DNA from: an uncultured Oligoflexus sp.
Lineage (GTDB): Bacteria > Bdellovibrionota_B > Oligoflexia > Oligoflexales > Oligoflexaceae
Reading direction: 5' to 3'
NCBI GenBank assembly: GCA_964236955.1
Contig: CAXSGP010000114.1
Span: 1 to 13,543 of the forward strand
DNA length: 13,543 bases
Shown: positions 8,194 through 13,543 of the stretch, piece by piece
Position numbering within the stretch: the first letter of the stretch is position 1
Layout: every line of letters starts with the position of its first letter
Made by a program: the position numbers and the translations under genes
The notes under the pieces: model-generated
Databases searched by the model: none
Told to the model about the DNA's origin: nothing
Seen by the model: the letters and a program-made list of their open reading frames with translations, nothing else

Positions 8194-9546
8194 TCACGCA
8201 CCCCTATCGAGAAGGTTGAGTATCTCCTGGCGTGCATAACGTCTGGCCATTACCCCTGTGGTCGCCAGCACTAAAACCCAGATGGCGGCAGCACAGGTGA
8301 CATAAGCGCTGGCGGTGGGTATCACCTGAAACGTGGTGGCCTCAGTTAAGCCTGGCAGGCGGAACGGAATATTTTGCATGTGAATAATTTTAACAATAAG
8401 GGCTGTAAGCAAGGCGCCCCCAGCAAGTGCCATCGCTGCGACCGCGCAGGCCTCGGCGGCAAAGATACCCGCAATCTGTAGGGGTCTATAACCGATGGCG
8501 CGAAGCATACCGATCTCCCGGCGACTTTCAGCAAGACCGATCGAAAGGGTATTGAGGATGGAGAGAAAGACTACCACCAGGACTATGAACGATACAAAAG
8601 CAAGCGAAACATCGAGCGCCGCCATGCTGTTCCCATAGGCGGCATTCAATCGCGAATCGTTCCAAACCAAGGCCTCCACCGCAACGCCCTGCGCTTTGAG
8701 TTCGTCCTCAATCCGTTTGGCCCAGGCGCCTAAATTCTCGGTCTTTTTCATATAGACTGCGAGGTAGGATATGGAGTCCGTCATGAGCAGTTCCTGCATG
8801 AGGGTCAGGGGCATCCTCATTTCCTTTTCATCGACCAGACTTACCCCGGTCGCGTAAATGCTTGTCACGTCGGCATCGGCAGCCGCGATACGGTGTTCGT
8901 AATCCCGCGTGATCATCTGGACGTTAAGATCGCGTTTGAGCTGCGCCGCGATGTCAGGAGCGGAGCAATCGGGGAGCGCCGTGGATTGCTGCGCGGCCTT
9001 ATCACTTAGTATGTCTTTGCCAAGATGTTTGGCAAGGCCCTGGGCCACAGCCACCTGATGGGAAGCCGCGCGGCTCCAAAGGGCCTGGCCCTTAACTATC
9101 AATTGCGTATGGGAAAGAGCCGCCTTTACCTCGGGTAGATCACGTATCCGTTCTTCAATCTTAGGGTCATAGGCACGAGCCGAGAAAAGAAAGGAATGGC
9201 AGCCATTGCCAACCAGGCCCGAGCCCATAAGGTAACCGGCCGAAAAATCGACTGAGGGGTCACGACTCAGAATCGCCCCGATGAGGCGTTGATCTTCGGC
9301 GGTAAGCGCGTATTTCGCCGGTTTCACCAAACGCTTTCGCAGGCCGTCTTTTTTAAAAATCGAGACATGTCCCGACTGTTGCAGATAGATGGTCGAGAGC
9401 TCGTAAAAACGGCTCACCCTTGTCCCATAGCCGAATACCATAAGAAGGGCGATGTAGCCTAAAGCAATGGCGCAAGCACTCGCCAGATTGCGGCGTCGAT
9501 GTTGGTAAACGCTGCGTAGACCGAGCAGAGCTGCATAATGATTCAT
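8194..9546 (-). CDS. ABC transporter permease, FtsX/MacB/LolC-E type (second subunit)
   Basis: LGLRSVYQHRRRNLAS start, then TM1, a periplasmic domain, and ESRREIGMLRAIGY...FAAEA. A GAGG RBS lies upstream of ATG 9546. Confidence 0.92.
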   Translation of the reverse strand: MNHYAALLGLRSVYQHRRRNLASACAIALGYIALLMVFGYGTRVSRFYELSTIYLQQSGHVSIFKKDGLRKRLVKPAKYALTAEDQRLIGAILSRDPSVDFSAGYLMGSGLVGNGCHSFLFSARAYDPKIEERIRDLPEVKAALSHTQLIVKGQALWSRAASHQVAVAQGLAKHLGKDILSDKAAQQSTALPDCSAPDIAAQLKRDLNVQMITRDYEHRIAAADADVTSIYATGVSLVDEKEMRMPLTLMQELLMTDSISYLAVYMKKTENLGAWAKRIEDELKAQGVAVEALVWNDSRLNAAYGNSMAALDVSLAFVSFIVLVVVFLSILNTLSIGLAESRREIGMLRAIGYRPLQIAGIFAAEACAVAAMALAGGALLTALIVKIIHMQNIPFRLPGLTEATTFQVIPTASAYVTCAAAIWVLVLATTGVMARRYARQEILNLLDRGA

Positions 9547-9587
9547 TGCAAAAAGGCCTCAACTAAGTTTAGGAACCCGCTCCCCGC

Positions 9588-12302
9588 TTATCGGTCGAGA
9601 CGCTCGATAAGGCCTGTCTGGCCGTTCATCCGGATCCTTTCGCCATCCTTCAGAATTTTAGTGAGCCCGGGTATATTGACGATAGCTGGAATTCCAAGCT
9701 CTCGCGCAACCACCGCCGAGTGCGAGAGCGAAGACCCCCTCTCCACTATAATCCCAGCTGCTGACGGAAAAAGAGGGGCCCATCCGGGATCGGTCCTCAC
9801 CGTACAGAGGATCTGCCCCTGAAGGGAAATCTCATCATCGGGGGAGAATATCAAACGAACCCTGCCCTCGACTATCCCCGGATAGCACCCAAGACCCTGC
9901 AAGGTCTCGCCATCTGAGGCGCTAGCCAATGTCCCGGTATATTGAAAGGAATTGCCCAGGTAGGGACTGCCGAAAGTCTTAAAGTGATGGGCAGGTTCGT
10001 GAGCCTCGAATCCGTCAAACTCACTCTTGCGAAGCTGAGCCAGATCATGAAATTTAATCCCGACCGCCCGCCCCTCGAAATACTGTTCGATCTCTTCGAC
10101 CGTAAGGTAGAAGATATCACGCGGATCCTTAAGTTGCTTATGCAGAGCCAATTGCTTGCCCATCTCGATGTATATCGCCCGATAAAGTCCAAACAGCCGG
10201 GTCCTGGCGAGCCGCATGTTCTCACGGTTCTTGACCGCATTGCGCAGACGTTTGAGGTCGCGCTTGAGCATCAAGACCGCCAGAGGACCCTTAAGCGCTT
10301 TAAAAATGCGCTTCTCTTCGGCATGGCGCAGGTCCAGCTCATGTCTCTGCAGCGAGGCAAGATTCAAGGTATCGTTTTGAAGAAAGTTCCTAAGACAAAC
10401 GAACATGAACGTCGTGTCTTGATGAAGGGTAATCGACTCGAGCTTCAGCTCGCCCATGGTGCGGTCGCCATAAAGTTCAATATATTGAAGGCATTGCTTG
10501 TGGAAATCTGGGCAATTCACCTGAATGGCGGTCATCAGTGCGGAATTGGGGGTTGAAGCGAAAAGTGGCAGGAGTCTTGCATCGGCCCGTATGCGGTCGC
10601 ACATGCCGAGGAGGAATTTGGTTGGTTCCGTGCTTTCAATTCCCGCTTCCCCTGACAGGAGATTGTTCAGGGTGAGGCTCGGATTTTCAATGCCTAATTT
10701 TTTCAGTTTGCGATGCACTTTGCCGTTCATCATCATCACGTAGAAATCGTTGACTATCGGCGTCGTCCAGCGTTTGATGACATCGCTTTCAAGCGTTCGG
10801 GTCAAACGATAGAGATCGCTGAGGTCACGAAGGAATAACGATTGCTTATCGACCGTGCGGTAGGCCTCGGCGAAGTTGACGCGAAACGCCTCGACCTGAG
10901 TCTTGATTCGTGCAAAGCGTGACAAAAGGCCTAAAAGGGTGCGGATCGCCTTGAATTTGGCCTTGAGTCCCTGCCAGCCGCTAAGCTGGGTCTTAACCAC
11001 GAAATCAACTGGGTCCTGCAGACCCATCATGCGTTCCATGTCTTCCTTGTTAGAGCCAAAGGAGGGGAAAGCGCTGAGACCCTGGTACCAGTTGTTGATA
11101 TTATAATAGACTCTGCCTTGTATCAGGCCGAGAAGGTTTCTCAGAACGACATCCATCCCGTCCTTGCCCTGCAATGAATAGCCGAGGACTTCTGCGGTAT
11201 TTTCATAGACGTTGCGATAGGTACGGCTGGCAAAGGAAAAGGTGAGGGGCGTGGTGACCCCGCAGTAGCTTTCCTGGATATTGGAGTTGTCCCAAACCAC
11301 GGCATCCCGTGCGAGAGCTGGCGGCAGACTGGTGATAGGACGGGTCTGCAGGAGAAAGACCACGCCGTCCTTGATGGCGAATTCCAAGTCCTGCGGACTG
11401 CCTTGATGAAGGGCGATAGCATAGGAGAGGCGACTGAGCTCAAATATCTGCTCGTCACTCAAACAGGCCTGCATGCGAAGGGTCCTCTCCACCTCCAAGG
11501 TCACCGTGCCCCGGCCCCGGGTGGCATCAAATCGAACCGCATGGTCTTTGTCGGTGAGCTTTCGTTCGATAATGCTGGCTGCGTTGTTTTCATAGGCCAG
11601 CACGAACTCATCGGTGTTGCATTCACCGCTGACGATGCCTTCACCCAGTCCCCAAGCTGCGGAGATCAGATGATGGGTGCGTATCCCCGTGTTGGGATGA
11701 GCGGTAAAGAGAACGCCCGACACATCGCTATCGATCATGATCTGACAGACAACAGCCGCTGATATCGATTCCAGCGCAAGGCCCCGGTCGGTTCTGTAGA
11801 GGATGGCCCGGTCGGCAAAGGCGCTGGCAAAACACTGAACGACAGCCTGTGCGATCTCTTCGAAAGTTTTCATGAAGAGAAACGTTTCCATCTGACCTGC
11901 GAAGGATGCCTCCTGACTGTCTTCACCCACAACCGAAGACCGGATCGCCAGAAAGCCTTCCGGCAGGGATTTGAGCTTGTCCCGAAGCGGCAGCAGAAGG
12001 CTCTCGGGAAGGCTCGTCGCCAGGATTGCGGCGTGAATGCGGGATGCCTCTGCCAAGGGATCAAGGCGCAGGGCGGTCATGAGATCCCCGTAGGATCGGC
12101 CCGTCGCAATTTCGAGATAATGATGGAAAGCTTCGGTAGTGACGACGATGAAGGCGGGAACGTTAAATCCAAAGCGTTTCAGCCAGGCCAGATTTTTGGC
12201 CTTACCTCCCAGCAAAGTCTCGTCGGCGATTAAACTCTCGGTCTGATCCAAAAAAAAAGGCATCGGCATGTCCCGCTTTATATTCAAAAGTAATGGCTCC
12301 AT
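9588..12302 (-). CDS. PEP-utilizer/PPDK_N family phosphohistidine enzyme with rifampin-phosphotransferase (Rph)/PigC-like domain order; substrate unknown
   Basis: N-terminal ATP-grasp (LGGKAKNL, AIRSSVVGEDSQEASFAGQMET, SGVLFTAHP, WGLGEGIVSG, QDLEFAI...LLQTRPIT). A large central domain begins WDNSNIQESYCGVTTPLTFSF. The C-terminal swivel domain reads TDPGWAPLF...GSSLSHSAVVARELGIPA, with the His codon at 9720-9722. The true start may be ATG 12269 or 12263. Confidence 0.9.
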   Translation of the reverse strand: MEPLLLNIKRDMPMPFFLDQTESLIADETLLGGKAKNLAWLKRFGFNVPAFIVVTTEAFHHYLEIATGRSYGDLMTALRLDPLAEASRIHAAILATSLPESLLLPLRDKLKSLPEGFLAIRSSVVGEDSQEASFAGQMETFLFMKTFEEIAQAVVQCFASAFADRAILYRTDRGLALESISAAVVCQIMIDSDVSGVLFTAHPNTGIRTHHLISAAWGLGEGIVSGECNTDEFVLAYENNAASIIERKLTDKDHAVRFDATRGRGTVTLEVERTLRMQACLSDEQIFELSRLSYAIALHQGSPQDLEFAIKDGVVFLLQTRPITSLPPALARDAVVWDNSNIQESYCGVTTPLTFSFASRTYRNVYENTAEVLGYSLQGKDGMDVVLRNLLGLIQGRVYYNINNWYQGLSAFPSFGSNKEDMERMMGLQDPVDFVVKTQLSGWQGLKAKFKAIRTLLGLLSRFARIKTQVEAFRVNFAEAYRTVDKQSLFLRDLSDLYRLTRTLESDVIKRWTTPIVNDFYVMMMNGKVHRKLKKLGIENPSLTLNNLLSGEAGIESTEPTKFLLGMCDRIRADARLLPLFASTPNSALMTAIQVNCPDFHKQCLQYIELYGDRTMGELKLESITLHQDTTFMFVCLRNFLQNDTLNLASLQRHELDLRHAEEKRIFKALKGPLAVLMLKRDLKRLRNAVKNRENMRLARTRLFGLYRAIYIEMGKQLALHKQLKDPRDIFYLTVEEIEQYFEGRAVGIKFHDLAQLRKSEFDGFEAHEPAHHFKTFGSPYLGNSFQYTGTLASASDGETLQGLGCYPGIVEGRVRLIFSPDDEISLQGQILCTVRTDPGWAPLFPSAAGIIVERGSSLSHSAVVARELGIPAIVNIPGLTKILKDGERIRMNGQTGLIERLDR

Positions 12303-12322
12303 AGGGAAAGGATCCGGATCGG

Positions 12323-13426
12323 CTAGATCCTTTCTAACACGTAAAAGGCCTTATAAAACCATATACGATCGACAGGCCCGGCCATTGGGACGACACGAAA
12401 CCTGTCGCTGAGGGAGGCCGGCATAGGCCGGTCGACGAGGAGGTTCCAATAGGCGACCCGGCCGCCCTTCGGCATTCTGTCGCTTAAGGCACCAAGCAGC
12501 AGGGCCATGTTCTCCTCGCTCATATATTCAAAGATATCGCTAAGGTTAGCTTTGGAGAAGCTTGAAGCAGGCTCGCTCAAAACCCTTTCAATCGACGCGG
12601 TCTTGACCTCAACCCGATCGACCAGCCCCCTTAGTCGAGCATGGTTTTTGGGCTGGATATAATCTGGGCCCATAGTGGCTACCAGAGGTTGACCAAAGAA
12701 GAAGAAATAATGGTAGTGATTGCCGTAGAGTTCCACGCGACTGAGGTGATCGAGAAATCGATTGTAGAATTCCATGCCGACGTCTTCTACCGTCACATAG
12801 CGAAATTGGGCAGGATCCCGGCCTTTTTCCAGAATAGTCTTGCCGAAATATTCGACGAAGGCCGCACGAAAGGCCGGGCTTCGCAGATTCGGAATAAAAT
12901 CCTTCTGCAGCTGAAGATCGCGGTGGAAAAATGCCGATTTAAAGGTGTCGAGGCCAGGAATTTTCGCAAAGTGCTCGGCAGCGAAACTTATGAAAAAGGA
13001 GTCAAGCCTTCCCTGGCTGATCAGGCCCTTTTCCATAAGACTGTGGTTGGCGGCCCAAAAATCGAGATAGGGCCCCAGCGCCCCATCCCCTTGGATCTGA
13101 CGGTAAAGATCCAGCCGGCGTAGAGAGGGGACAAAGCCCAGCAATTCGGCGATAGCGCCATGGTCAAGGTTTCGAAATGCGGCTATTTTAAGGCTCAAGA
13201 GGGCGTTTTGGGCGAGATTAAGATCGACTGCCACTACTTTTTTAGGTTCTCGAAGCAGGAGCGCGAGGGCATTGCAGCCCGAACTGCTGATGGAAAGAAC
13301 GACATCGTCGCAATCAATCCTGAGAGCCTGGTTGAGCAGATCCGAATCCTCCCACAACTGGGAATAGCGTACCGTATCAAAGCTCATATGATCTGCGACT
13401 TCGGTGCCTTTGAGAGATTTTTCCAT
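12323..13426 (-). CDS. DUF3419 family protein (BtaA-like SAM-dependent 3-amino-3-carboxypropyl transferase homologue)
   Basis: VRYSQLWEDSDLL...VLSISSSGCNALALL...VAVDLNLAQNALLSLKIAA and the C-terminal ANLSDIFEYM...GGRVAYWN...DRIWFY match the DUF3419/BtaA pattern. ATG 13426 (after AGGAATGGA) is preferred to 13447. Confidence 0.85.
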   Translation of the reverse strand: MEKSLKGTEVADHMSFDTVRYSQLWEDSDLLNQALRIDCDDVVLSISSSGCNALALLLREPKKVVAVDLNLAQNALLSLKIAAFRNLDHGAIAELLGFVPSLRRLDLYRQIQGDGALGPYLDFWAANHSLMEKGLISQGRLDSFFISFAAEHFAKIPGLDTFKSAFFHRDLQLQKDFIPNLRSPAFRAAFVEYFGKTILEKGRDPAQFRYVTVEDVGMEFYNRFLDHLSRVELYGNHYHYFFFFGQPLVATMGPDYIQPKNHARLRGLVDRVEVKTASIERVLSEPASSFSKANLSDIFEYMSEENMALLLGALSDRMPKGGRVAYWNLLVDRPMPASLSDRFRVVPMAGPVDRIWFYKAFYVLERI

Positions 13427-13543
13427 AATTCCATTCCTAAAGGGCATGCAGGTCTGTTGTGAATCAGAGCCAAACCTCGGTTATGCTTAGAAGATGCCGG
13501 CCGGTTTCCGAGATGCGCCGGATGAATTTATAGTGATGAAGAG

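Noticed and set aside
9942..10556. 204-aa plus-strand ORF (also 11403..11762, 12641..13123 and 13160..13462)
   Set aside because: These are antisense to well-supported genes and have no motifs, as expected for shadow frames.
4724..12302. Campylobacter-type O-methyl phosphoramidate pathway (Cj1418-like kinase plus methyltransferase plus flippase)
   Set aside because: No nucleotidyltransferase, amidotransferase-like hydrolase or adenylyl-sulfate-kinase-like genes are present. The methyltransferase and flippase are also separated from the kinase operon by the convergent SCO gene and a kinase remnant.
13448..13543. 3' end of an upstream minus-strand gene
   Set aside because: Two short frames are open from the edge (ending ...PAGIF* and ...TEVWL*), but there is too little sequence to choose between them or assign a function.
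1..13543. CRISPR array, tRNA, rRNA or riboswitch
   Set aside because: No regularly spaced repeats or recognisable RNA motifs were seen and the intergenic gaps are short. An Infernal/Rfam scan would be needed to exclude small RNAs formally.

Overview
Bacterial window with two parts. The right part (6879-13426, minus strand) is a compact, apparently co-transcribed run of four genes: a DUF3419/BtaA-like SAM-dependent transferase, a ~900-aa rifampin-phosphotransferase/PigC-type phosphohistidine (PEP-utilizer) enzyme, and two tandem FtsX/MacB(LolC/E)-type ABC permeases. No ATPase gene lies in the window. This looks like part of an uncharacterised lipid or small-molecule modification and export system and is the best candidate for new biology. 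The left part is a rearranged accessory patch. It contains a PilX/pseudopilin-like gene that runs off the left edge and is missing from the ORF track, and an internal fragment of an IS701/IS4-like DDE transposase. It also has a Cys-rich secreted orphan protein with internal repeats, followed by a second 56-bp remnant of the same transposase in direct orientation. A Wzx-type flippase and a class I methyltransferase form an orphan pair, and a headless histidine-kinase ATPase remnant abuts an SCO1/SenC gene. No rRNA, tRNA or CRISPR array was seen. All family calls come from motif reading, not database searches.
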